Made by a program: the position numbers and the translations under genes. Source: Halocafeteria seosinensis (lineage: Eukaryota). From it: 33,860 nucleotides of DNA. Below are positions 20,020 through 31,280 of the stretch, one piece after another (position 1 is the stretch's first letter; each line of letters starts with the position of its first letter). Location: the NCBI GenBank assembly GCA_001687465.1, contig LVLI01000912.1:1-33860 (forward strand), given 5' to 3'. Under the pieces are notes generated by a model. It was not told the DNA's origin. It saw only the letters and a list, made by a program, of their open reading frames with translations, and did not search any database.

Positions 20020-22548
20020 ATGGAGGGCCAGAGTCATCGTTCAAACCCGTCAACTCATTATCATCATCATGATGGGGACTGTAGTGAAGCTGAAAAGCAG
20101 GTGAAAGGGGTTCATCACCATGAGCACATGTTGACCTCTGCGGTGGCTCCCGTCATGACAAGTGCCGCAGCCTCCTCCTTGGACCATTACATACAAGGCT
20201 CCCATGGCCATCAGCATGGCAAGAACGGTGTGAGCAGGGGAAAGCACACCACTCATCATGGTGGAGATGGGAATGACTCTATACAACATCGTATGGAAAG
20301 TGGAGACCATAGCAGCGGGGTCATCAATCCTCATTTGCTCAAGTAAGCCATACAACACAGCTTAGAGACCTATAGCAGCGTGAGATTTCTAGCAAACAAT
20401 GCTTGACGTGCTGCGCTCTTTATAATGCAGACCCGTATTCCCTTATACAAATAAATACGGAGAGCAAGTGTTACCATGGTTTCGAACACGGTTGATCTAC
20501 AGGCACGGATTATTCTGGTATGTGGGGAGAGAGGTCCTTTCCACGGTTGTCGTTTGATCAGATTCCGTTTTTGGTTTGTGTAAGTAATCTGGCGTTATGA
20601 CACCACTGTGATGCAGGATGTATGAAGAAGATGAGGAGAAGTTTTTACTCAGTGCTGTCCTCCACGAAGGAACATTTTACATTTCCCAAAACGCCACGTT
20701 TCCCGACGTATGTGTATGCTGGCATATTCGACCACCTGATACTACAAGTAGTGAGAAGTTCTTATTTGCTTTCTTGATGTGACAGAAGTTCAACAAATCT
20801 TCCCCTTCCGTGGACGAAAATGACAGTGGCGGCCACTGCATTGCTGTTACGAGACCAGGGCTCAGCAGTGGTACCTTTCAACTGTTTAGTGCCCATTGTG
20901 AGAACTGTGACGACAGATTGGGGACTTATTCGTGCGAACCAGTTGCCAATGGTCAACGTGGCACTCAGGACGAGAAGCCAGTAGATAATCGGCGTAGCGC
21001 TCTCAGTGGAGGAATATCAAAGCTACTGTCATGGGCAACCTTAGGACGAGCAAATCGGCCGGGCGATAGTTCCTTGAGCAATGTTGATGAGTTAGACGTG
21101 CAACCAAGAGAACTTCTAGCAGAGATTGAGCAGTGGCAAGAGGAGCTGATGAATGGGCAAGAAGTGTTTCGAAGGATGCGGATAAACATCCCGAGAGTTT
21201 TCGGCGACTCTAGTCGTGCTGTTTGGTGTATGCGGAACCCACCGAGCACTGGAAGTGGATTTTCTCAGCGGCTGGCACCAGGGCAGGTGAAACGCACTCA
21301 TCGCTCGAGGAACAAAACCAAGCGAAAAGTAACGTCACACTACCAACAAGCTTATTCCCCCGCGTTGTCATACTCGAAAGAGAGCGGGGACGCTTCTCCG
21401 CAAATGAGTACGTTGGATCTTTCGTCATCCGCCCCAGAGCGAAGCAGAATACCACCAGTTCATCGAGGACCGCCGTCTGTCGCCCGAGCCGATAAGGCAA
21501 TGCAGGATTCTCTGTCCTTCGACATTCCAAGCCTGAACAGTGCTGTAGGAGACGTCTGGAAGAGTAATGGCGGAGTAGGGAGTCCGGTTACGGGACGTAC
21601 TATTGGGAACAAGCCTCCTGTGCAACCCCACCGCGGCCCGCCGCTTCAGCGTGGAGGAATGAGAATGAAAGCGGAGGCTGGTCAAGGTTGCGAGGGTCAA
21701 CGCAATGGAGCTATCCGGTCTAATACAGGTTTAGCCAAAGCGGACCGCTCGATCGAAGGTCCAAAGTTACGGAGTAAGACAGATCTAGACAATGAATCTG
21801 ATGCCAACGACGCCCCTCCATTTGCCCACCGGCAGCTATCAATGGACTATCCAGAAAGCCCCCTGCGTTCAATGTCTGATCTGGACCGCTTACCTACAGA
21901 TGTGTTTCACAGGCACGTTGATGGAGGCAGCGATAGAGCCTCTGTTACGGATACTGGTACGTTTACGGGTGTTTGCATCATGTATTGAACCCGAATACTA
22001 CTATTTTTTAATATGTCGTCGTAATCACAGCGTCTTCTGCCCGGGAGAGCTTTGACGGGACTGAGGATGCCTTCGACGACATTGTAGCTGTCGAGAGTCG
22101 AGTTCCCAGATGGAGTAACCGAATCCGATCGTTTACTCTCAAATTTGTGGGAGCAGGAACAAGGGTAAAGGAATCCAGTAGCAAGAACTTTTTATTTTGC
22201 ATTGATACTGCGGAAAGTGTCATGAAACCTGTATCGGGCACTAAGACTTCCTCATTGGCCCGATCTGCTCGTCGTTCCTCGGCGAGTTCTGCCGGGAGTT
22301 CCATTAGCGACGATTCAGATCGGCAACAGTCGAATATGATACCATGTCTTCAGTTTGGAAAGATGGAAGCAGGTGCTTTTAGCTGTGATTTCCGGTATCC
22401 TTTCTGTGCTCTCCAGGCGTTCGGAAGTGCCTTGACGTCGTTCTACTGGCTACCTGCTTCGGCAAACGAACGAGAAATCAACTCAGATGCTCCCTGTGAA
22501 AATCTTTCTGACGAGGAGTTTACGGATTCTGGAGATGAGGACTACTGA
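20020..22548 (+). CDS. Tubby-like protein with His-rich N-terminus, 5 exons (20020-20342, 20431-20517, 20617-20707, 20786-21956, 22031-22548)
   Basis: Four phase-consistent GT-AG introns. Tubby C-terminal motifs are present: ESRVPRWSNRIRSFTLKF...RVKESSSKNF and LQFGKMEAGAFSCDFRYPFCALQAFGSALTSF. The N-terminal part WMYEEDEEKFLLSA...FYIS is also Tubby-like. Confidence 0.85.
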
Positions 22549-23270
22549 ACACACGTCACACGCTAAATTCAAATCAAGGAAGGTTGAACTTCTGCTCGTG
22601 AGTGAGTCGTATCTGGTTGCTGATTATTTTTATAACTAGCGCTTTGGGAGGAACGAATGTACAATCCTGCACTGGAGCCTTGACAGTTCAAGGGATGTCA
22701 GGGAAGTACCTATGATACCATACCACTTGTATAGCCGGAGTCACGGTGACTTCGTCACCCCTGTGGTGTTGCTGCACAATATGTGAATATGACATACATG
22801 CACATCTCCTCCAGGTAGCATGGTAGTCAATGATGAAGCACTCCATCCCTACGCTTTTCTGTACAACATGATGCACCCTCTCCTCCATTCATTCCTGAAG
22901 AGTCCCAGCCCAGCTTCACAAAGAGGGACTCAGTCGGGAGCGCGTCGCGTGCCATCCCATAAGCGCGTGTGTCTGTCTGACGTGTGGGGGTGGCAAACTA
23001 TTTGAGTATACTATTGGGATGGTGTTGATTGCGCAAGGACATACGCAGTTTTGTATATATGCGCATTATCTTTCTCAAAGAGAGCGGTTCATTTCACTAC
23101 GGTAGTAGTTTGTGTGCATGGGTGGGGGTGTCTGCCGTCAAGAGTTCCAGAAGAGTGGGGAGACGAGTACTCTATTCTACGAAAAGACATCAAGACACTT
23201 TTTTCTTCTTAGTGAAATATTGACACAGGGAGCAGGCACGTAGTTAACGGAGGAAGAAATAGAAAGGAGC

Positions 23271-24680
23271 ATGCCGTCACCTGTATCATCCTCCGGGCCC
23301 TCGACGGGAAATGGTGGAGCGACGACGCAGCTTTCCCAGGCGCAAGGCGCACGCAGCAAGCACTCCCGTATATTTGCAATGATGTCCACAACACCGAGCT
23401 CCTCGCAGGGCAATCCGGCGCAACTGCAGCTTTGGCATCGATCCATGTCTGCTAGCTTCGGGGCTGTTCTGGTGTCACTGTTCACGACACCACTGGATGT
23501 GGTCCGGGTGAGAATGCAATCCTCCGGCACTGTGTCAGATTCAGCGTTACGCTCTCCCAAAAACAGTACAGCAAAGAGGAAAATGCTGACAAATGGGGAG
23601 GCTGGCCTGTATTACAATAGCTCCCCTTTCTCATCCGTGTACGGGAGACGCTATTTTGCATGCGAACGCCTTGTGGCCCACTCGCACTGCGTTAAGAAAG
23701 CCTTCGATAGGACGGTTCATAGACCGCGGAACTTATTGGAGCTACGACAGTTTTTCTCTACTTTCAAATACCATCCATGTATGAACGCATTCCATCCCAA
23801 GTCTACCTTGGCGTTCGAGGCGGCGCTACTTGGTCCGGCGACAAGTGCCTATAAACCTCATAAGATTGGCTCGAAATTGTCTCCAGATATTAGAAAGTCC
23901 CTTACTTCGCCCCGTCCGAAAGCGTTGTCCGCGCTGAAGACATTACAAAGTGTTGTCCGGAAAGAAGGAATAAGAAGCCTTTGGAGCGGATTGTCTCCAT
24001 CGTTGGTAATGGCTGTACCGTCGACCACCCTTTACTTCACAGCATATGACGAACTGAAGCTGACCATGGAGGGATATACGCAAGGTTCTCATTTGGAGCA
24101 GTATATTCCTCTAATTGCTGGATCTACGGCCCGCACTGCTGCTGCAGCTGTTACATCCCCTTTGGAGCTTGTGAGAACGCAAATGCAGAGTCGGAAGCTC
24201 GACCGTGGAATCATACAGAGCTTCCAACATGAAATTGGATCTAACGGGTACATGTCGTTATGGAGGGGTCTTGTGCCCACGCTATATCGGGATGTACCAT
24301 TCTCCGGGCTATATTGGTTTTCCTACGAGAAAATCAAGAGGCATTTGAGAACGCCCTTACTGCCCCCCAAAGATAACACGACGTTCTTCGATGAATGGAA
24401 ACTGGCATTCTTGTCTGGATCATTAGCTGGTAGTTCCGCTGCAATTGTGACGACTCCCTTCGATGTGGTCAAAACGAGAAGACAAGCGGTGCTGACGGAT
24501 AAGCCGCTCTCTAAAGCCTCATCGAGCACCATTGCGTTGTTGCAGCAGATTGTCAAAAAGGAGGGGATTTCAGCATTATTTTCAGGCTTGTTACCTCGGT
24601 TACTCAAGGTATCGCCCGCATGCGCCATCATGATTTCTAGCTACGAACTCGGCAAAATGGTGTTTGCTAATCAGCAGTGA
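23271..24680 (+). CDS. SLC25A40: Mitochondrial carrier of the SLC25A39/40 (Mtm1-like) subfamily
   Basis: Three carrier signatures (TPLDVVRVRMQ, SPLELVRTQMQ, TPFDVVKTRRQ). Subfamily-typical segments are LWSGLSPSLVMAVPSTTLYFTAYD, RDVPFSGLYW and KVSPACAIMISSYELGK. Confidence 0.9.
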   Translation: MPSPVSSSGPSTGNGGATTQLSQAQGARSKHSRIFAMMSTTPSSSQGNPAQLQLWHRSMSASFGAVLVSLFTTPLDVVRVRMQSSGTVSDSALRSPKNSTAKRKMLTNGEAGLYYNSSPFSSVYGRRYFACERLVAHSHCVKKAFDRTVHRPRNLLELRQFFSTFKYHPCMNAFHPKSTLAFEAALLGPATSAYKPHKIGSKLSPDIRKSLTSPRPKALSALKTLQSVVRKEGIRSLWSGLSPSLVMAVPSTTLYFTAYDELKLTMEGYTQGSHLEQYIPLIAGSTARTAAAAVTSPLELVRTQMQSRKLDRGIIQSFQHEIGSNGYMSLWRGLVPTLYRDVPFSGLYWFSYEKIKRHLRTPLLPPKDNTTFFDEWKLAFLSGSLAGSSAAIVTTPFDVVKTRRQAVLTDKPLSKASSSTIALLQQIVKKEGISALFSGLLPRLLKVSPACAIMISSYELGKMVFANQQ

Positions 24681-25008
24681 CACCGGAGAGATAGATAAAT
24701 ATAACCTAGTGATGATACATATAGGTAATCTATTTCCAATTCAGATCGGACTTTATTATTAACAGATCTCCGACTTCGCTACGTACTTACATGTTGTTTT
24801 GTCTGATTGGCGTCCTCCTCTTCTGCGGAATGCCGGGACTTCACATCCACACACATCTGGCCAGTTTAACGGCGTAGAAGCCTCTACATGACATAGCGGT
24901 GATACACTGGTGTTATTTCGTTGGCATATACGTACATACATACACTTGATCTGTTCTTGGAGGAATACAACAAGGCTAGGAATAGTGTCCTCTGTATCTG
25001 AAGGGGCA

Positions 25009-27082
25009 ATGCACATGTCCTCCTCTTCTGTATGGATATGGGATACGATCGAGGTGTTGAGGAGGATATGCCAATGGCTGGATCTGGAGGATTTGTCCAA
25101 CTTGATGCATGTGAGTCGCCGTATGCGGGGGAATATTCAACGCATGGCCCATGGATGCATTCTCAACCTGAAGTACAAGCAACGAGATACCCCGACGGAG
25201 CGCATTTTCAACGCCCTCGTGTACTTGGCGCCTGTCGTCCATGGACTCATTGCACCCGGGTTCGGCTACAAAATCGATGGGGAGATGTTTGAGACGCTAC
25301 TGCGCTATGCGCAGTATCTCAAGACCTTGCAGCTATCGCACTCACCGTTTGCTCACGGGGTGATTCGCAGCGGGAATGAAAGCTTGGGGACTTATGCTCG
25401 ACTCGGGAGAATCATGCCGACATTTGGTAAGAGTGAGGCCATTCTGTATCCACCCTTCTTCGCGGAATCCGACATGCACAATCCGCTGGCCACGGACCCG
25501 AATGCTATTGACTTTGTCCCATACTACTCCATGGATATCGCGTGGAGCGGACTATTCAGTGCACTCCATGGACGGCGCATCTCACACTCGAGAAAACTGC
25601 CCGTGATGCGGTGGCACAATGCAGATTTGAACCACATAGATATTCAAGCGGGAGACCTCGAAAAAGCGCTGCGATTCCCTACTGCCTCCACACTTGTTGA
25701 CTCGATAACGAGCTTACGAGTTTACAACTTTTCTCTGGCTGTCCATGACATTGATTTCCACAGGCTTGAGAACCTTTACAACGTCGAGCTTATTGGACCA
25801 TCTAGGGCCCCCTATGGAGGATGGAATTTCACTATAGTGGTAAGGATCAGACAATTATGATTTCCTTGCACCTGCCCGTATTTAAGAAATGTCCACTCCT
25901 CGTTTGCTGCAGAAACTGCACTCTGTCTTACGTCTTGAGTCTCTCCGCCACTGCATGTTACAAGAATGTTTTATTGACGACATAGCTGTATCCGCACCTT
26001 TTCGCTCATGGGGTTCAAATTTGACCAGTTTAGTCTTGGAGAGCTGTATTTTCAGTGACTCGGACTCTCACCGAATAGAAAACACCCTGGCGAAGATGAT
26101 AGCACCGTTTCCTGCTTTGAGCGTATTGAAATTTCACCATTGCCGTGGTATTTCGGCGCTTTTGTCGAATTCTGTTCGGTCGGAACGTGTTGCTAAGGTA
26201 TGCACCATGGACGGCAGGAGACTTAAAGTGCTGTCTCTTGGTAATGTTCACGTCAATTCTGGAGGAGGCTTAAGAATGCTTCTTTCATACTTCTGGCGAG
26301 ATTTAGAGGTATTTCACATGTTTCCCGGGTACATGTTTGACAATGGATACAAACTGATGCCAACAGATGCGCTAGCTCCTCTCACCAAGTCGACCAACCT
26401 GAAATTTCTTCACTTGTCAGATGCCCGAGAAGCTGTGACCGACACGTTCTTGGAACAAGTCTTGCGCAACAACAAGTATTTGATGGATCTCCGAATAAGT
26501 TTTTGCCATAATGTTACCGCCAAAACGATAGATAACATCGCTGAATTCTGTCCGCATTTGCGCTGTGTCCATTTACGCGGACTGCACGCTGCTTGTGTGC
26601 CCCGGCTAGAAACGCTGCGGATATTGGCGCAACGAGGAGTGTTTGTTCGTTATACTCCGCCGAACAGTATGGTGCCTAGTCCGCCTTACATTGGACACTG
26701 CAGTGCAATGTCTTCCGAACTGGTCGCTGCTGATCGGTTTCGACGGGACACCCTCGACATCTCCCAGGAGCGAGAACGCCGAGGCTTAACGGAACCTCTG
26801 GATGAAGATCTTTCTGTCCTGGACAACGATCGACTGATTAGTTGTGACTACGAGATTGTCAGTCCCTTCTCTACCGGTCCTCTGGAATCAATATATGTGA
26901 TGTCGCGCGGCCAATGGACAGCGCTGCAAAAGCACAAAAACATATCCGACTTGCACATGGCGTCGCGCTCTCGCCACGTGTATCGCAAGATGAAGCGCGA
27001 ACCCAGTACTTCCTACGAGGGATGCGTGCCCGTTCCACTTCCTGGCCTAGCATCCCTAGTGCATCAGCCTTCGGCGACGTAA
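25009..27082 (+). CDS. F-box/leucine-rich-repeat (FBXL/RNI-like) protein, 2 exons (25009-25839, 25913-27082)
   Basis: F-box-like N-terminus (IEVLRRICQWLDLEDLSNLMHVSRRMR). Cysteine-containing LRRs (LKFLHLSDAREAVTDTFLEQV, LMDLRISFCHNVTAKTIDNIAEFCPHLRCVHL). A phase-0 intron at 25840-25912 joins the two ORFs. Confidence 0.75.
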
Positions 27083-27909
27083 CGTTAGTGCTACATATCA
27101 ACGTGTCCACTGGCTACGTGGTACACTGGCTACGCGTCGTCCAACTTCACATACACAAGTTGTAGTTAGAAAGGGACCGGCGCAAGTGTACAACAGTGTT
27201 AATAAACATGTTAGGCTTGTATTTGGGCTGATTCTGCGAAATGGATGAAGGCACACAAGTCTAGTCTACGACCTACCACGTTTGTAAGCAGCCATGTCCC
27301 ATAGTAAGGAGGAGGATGGTCCCAAGGTGGCCTGCCACGAAGCTGCGAATGCGCTAGCGCGATGTATACGCAAGACGCCGTGTTGGCAGCGGCAGGACCA
27401 CCCCACCGTCAAGGAATGCATGCAGGACCCCCAGACCCAGGAGCAATGCGATGTACGTCGTCACTGACGCGCCCAGCACATATTATTCAAGTACAAGGGC
27501 ATTTACTGTCACTGTCGCTGTCACTGTCTACCCAGAGAGAACGGAAAGCATATTTTGAGTGCCGACGGGGACAGCTAGATATGCGTAACCGGTAAGCCAC
27601 CTTGCCCAAGCTTCGTACAGCAGTACAGTGTTTATGTTCCCAAGTTGCGTGGGCCCGAGCAGAATCCGAGGAAACCCTTATAGAGCAGGACCCAAGAAGG
27701 AGGCGGATGCTTAACAGAAATAACGCAGACGCCTGGTGAACTGTCATACCATATGTGGTATGAGTGGAGCAGAAGGTTCTGCCATGGTATTGCTGCCCCA
27801 CTCGCTCTCTTTCTTGCGTGAGCATGGGGCATAGAAATCGGCATATTTACATTTTTAAAAAGAAACATCAAGACATTGTGTATTTCTTGATTTGTGGAGA
27901 AACGAGAGC

Positions 27910-29752
27910 TTAATCGAACAGCTCAGAGGGTTGGATAATATCATCAATCTTAAGGATCATCTTCACCAACTGCGTAGCCAACATGAACTGCTGTTGCTTA
28001 CCGTGCAGCGTTTCAAATACATGGTGCTCTCGCATATCTGAGAAGGGAACAATAACAGAGAGAAGAGACAGTGCCGTATAGCCTCTAGTACGCTTTGATC
28101 CGTTACTAATCTCCACTTACCATTTGTGCCACTCTGTGTACAGTCGACCCCCAAGAAAGGGTTCTTTTCGTTTATCTGTCGACTCTTTAGTTCGGAAAGC
28201 GTAGCGATGGGTGAGAAACCGCTGTTTTCGGATAAGGCGAGAGGGATGTCCTCCAACGCCTCAGAAAAGGCTCGGTATGCATACTGTTCCATTCCTGATA
28301 TAGAGTCGGCTGTGTCAGAAACCTCGAGCGAGCAAGCAATTTCCGCTGCACCACCTCCATATACAATCCTGTTGTCTCTTATCAAATTCCTAGCAACACA
28401 CATGGCGTCATGAAGGGAACGCTTCGCTTCGTCGACAACCATCCGNTTCCCGCCTCTGACGAAGACAGTAAGTGCTTTCGTATTGGAACAGTCTTCGATA
28501 ACTAGCATTTTATCGGAAGTGGTTCCAAACTGTACTTCCTTGACTTTCCCGGCCTTTCCTAGTTTCTCAGGTGTGAGCTCACTGAAGCGCGGGGCAATCC
28601 TGCCACCTGTGGCAATGGCGATGAGTTCGAGTTCCATACCGCCTACCCAACGTACGGCTGGAAGATTGTTTTGCAACAGGAGGTGGTTTGCTTCATCGTC
28701 AAATCCCCATTGACAAACCACACAGTTAGCCCCAGAATCCTTCACCTTCTGGACCATCTCCGTGAAGTATTCCTGTTCTTGTTGTTGCAGTTTTTCATAG
28801 TCTTCACGAGTCGTTATATCCAAGTGGTGCTTTGTCTTTGGTTTTGGTGGTTCAAAAGGACACGCCAGGATTGCAATTTTCGCATCCTTAACTTCTTTTG
28901 GCATTTGCGGATGGCTAAAGTCCTTCTCGATGACGATTCCTCGAATGAGTTCCGTATCCTCCATCTTTCCGCCGGGTTTGCCTTCGACCTTGATATGATC
29001 AAAGTTCACATCTTTCCGCTCGAAGTCAGCGACACCACAGATGGCATCTACAGCTACTTCAGCCATTTTGCGTTGCATACGGTTGACAATTTTCGATGAA
29101 AGCGTCGTCATCGCCGTCTGATACAGAGGTTCTAAATTGTTTCTATCAAATTCTATAGTTTGAGAAATCTGCGTTTGAAGGTTCACGCCACTTGGCAATG
29201 CTAGTCAAAGACCGGAGGATTACAGTTCAACATACCTCTGCTAGTTTCTCCACTGACTTTGAGCATGCTTTTTCAAAACCTTCTGAAATTCTGACTGGGT
29301 GTATGCCTCGATCCAGTAGATGTTGTGCTTTCTCCAACAACGCCCCTGCTAGCACTACTACTCCTGTCGTGCCGTCTCCTATCTCGTCATCTTGTGACGT
29401 TGCGAGTTCCACAATTAGTCGCGCTATTTGATGCTCCACCTCCATTTTTTGCAGAATCGTCGCTCCATCGTTAGAGATTGTGACATCTCCATCAGAGTTC
29501 ACCAACATTTTGTCCATGCCTTTGGGACCCAATGACGTCCGTAGAATGTTAGTTACCGTTCGGGCAGCTACAATGTTAGCCTGCAAGATCGATCCGCCAC
29601 ACAATCACATGATCAATAACCGCTTCCTTGTTTGTTCCCCACAAAGCTTATATACGTACTTTCTGAGCCTCGATGCCTTTCAGGCGCGACTTCTTCTCCT
29701 GGTCGCGGATGATGATGTAGGGGCGTCCATAATCGTCAAAAACGAGCGACAT
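27910..29752 (-). CDS. CCT5: T-complex protein 1 subunit epsilon (CCT/TRiC chaperonin), 4 exons (29752-29660, 29580-29236, 29168-28121, 28037-27910)
   Basis: [78 protein letters not shown] and [14 protein letters not shown] are diagnostic for CCT-epsilon. Confidence 0.97.
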
Positions 29753-31280
29753 ATTCGATAAATCTAGCTTTTCGTGGTTGCAGCGGTAAAATGGAACTAT
29801 TCCTACTGAAAAGGATCTGTATGGACAGGATCAGCCAAGCTTAAAATTCAAATGGGGGCGTCTGGAAAACGACAAAAACAGTGAAGGAAGCCTTGAAGGG
29901 AACACTCAGGGGAGCAAAACGATAAAGGATCAGCAGCAGCAAAAGGCTCTTTTTGAATTGCATGGCATTGTCCCAACAACAAGAGTCCTTTGACTCTAAG
30001 CAGCGAATGCAGACATCCTAAGCAAAATAACGAATTCATAATGCTCGTGACAACAGTGTCCACTTTGGTATAGGGATATTGAAGGTCAAACGTGCAGGAA
30101 TGAAGCATTGCGCCCTCCTTCCCCCCTCCCCTTTCCTTTGGAGACATTCCACTTGCATTCTTCATACGCTACGCTACGTGGAACACCATAACGGACCGTA
30201 TACTTGGAGTGCATCCTTACCTTTTCAAATAAGGAGTTCAATCAGTGGACAAGCAGCGTAGTTTGTGTCGAACTTAGCTGCCGGTTTCAAATTGCTTGAG
30301 TAAATAAGTTCCGGGCTGCAGGCCCGGAATGCGCTCATGGATTACTAACCCAGGATTAGCAATGGAAAAATGGTGGTAGACCACTGGTAGTAATGGTGGT
30401 GGTTGTACCATACAATATTAATTGACACTAATTCAATATATGCGGTGGTAGTGGACTTGTACATGTGCTGCAATGATTCGGATCCCACGATTCACGTACA
30501 GGGGTGGGGGAGGACCAGTTCTTAGTGTGCCCGTGCTGTTGACGCTCTTACCACAGATATCATCGCCTTAACCCAGCAGCTGCTGGCGTTGCAGGAACCA
30601 GAACCAGCAACCGAACCTATTGTACTCGTTGGCAAGACAAATGTGGAACGCACGAATCATCTCAGGGAATAATGAGTGAGACGAAAGCAACTCGCCGAGA
30701 ACTCAATCAAACGAGGATGAAGAAACAGAAGCATCAGAAGGACGAAAGGACATGACCTATGTGGAGTCTTTGCTGCAGACTCGATATATGATTCCGGGCT
30801 GCAATGCTAATGCAGTGAATTCTTACTCCAAGGCTAGTTGCTGCTTCACTCGCTACGATGGGAGTACGAGCCATATTGTAGGTATTCATTGGGTATTGCA
30901 AGGAATTAAATGATCGGGCAAGGCCACTATGCGAATAGGAGTGTTTTTATGATTATTTGGGTTATCCTAATTATAGTGGAGGCGATATTTGCTTCTCACC
31001 CGCTAGAAGCAAATGTTGCACCCGGTCAACGCGCTACTGCTTGCCCGGACCGAAGTTCCGTCTTGATAATCATTTATTTTTACTCATCATGAGTCATGCG
31101 CCAAATCATCCCTGCAGCAGACACTAAACCAACGTTTTGATCTTCAAGTTGTCCTGCCGATACTAAACCAAATCAAGTGTGAATCATGGTGTATGCTAGA
31201 CAACTTAAACTGCTACCGATTCACTATTACGTTGCTTCTAAGCACTCAATAAAATCCAGCTGAATCATTAGCAATCCAGA

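Noticed and set aside
22830..22898. Box C/D snoRNA-like layout (ATGATGA at 22830, ATGATG at 22868, CTGA at 22895) with tccattcat complementary to a conserved LSU rRNA segment
   Set aside because: There is no terminal stem, no canonical D' box, and only 9 nt of complementarity broken next to the D box. It cannot be supported without a covariance or snoscan search.
27505..27529. (ACTGTC)n-like hexamer run
   Set aside because: Ordinary short microsatellite with no further structure.
30309..30330. Near-palindrome ttccgggctgcaggcccggaat (ttccgggctgca recurs near 30792), reminiscent of a SmaI-PstI polylinker
   Set aside because: It does not match a vector polylinker beyond a few bases, and no TIR/TSD pair defines an element.
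29780..31270. Coding-like fragments between CCT5 and the AP2-RsfS gene, including an IVGIH stretch suggestive of a trypsin-like protease
   Set aside because: Multiple stops, no consistent splice model and no catalytic motif found. At most an unidentifiable relic.
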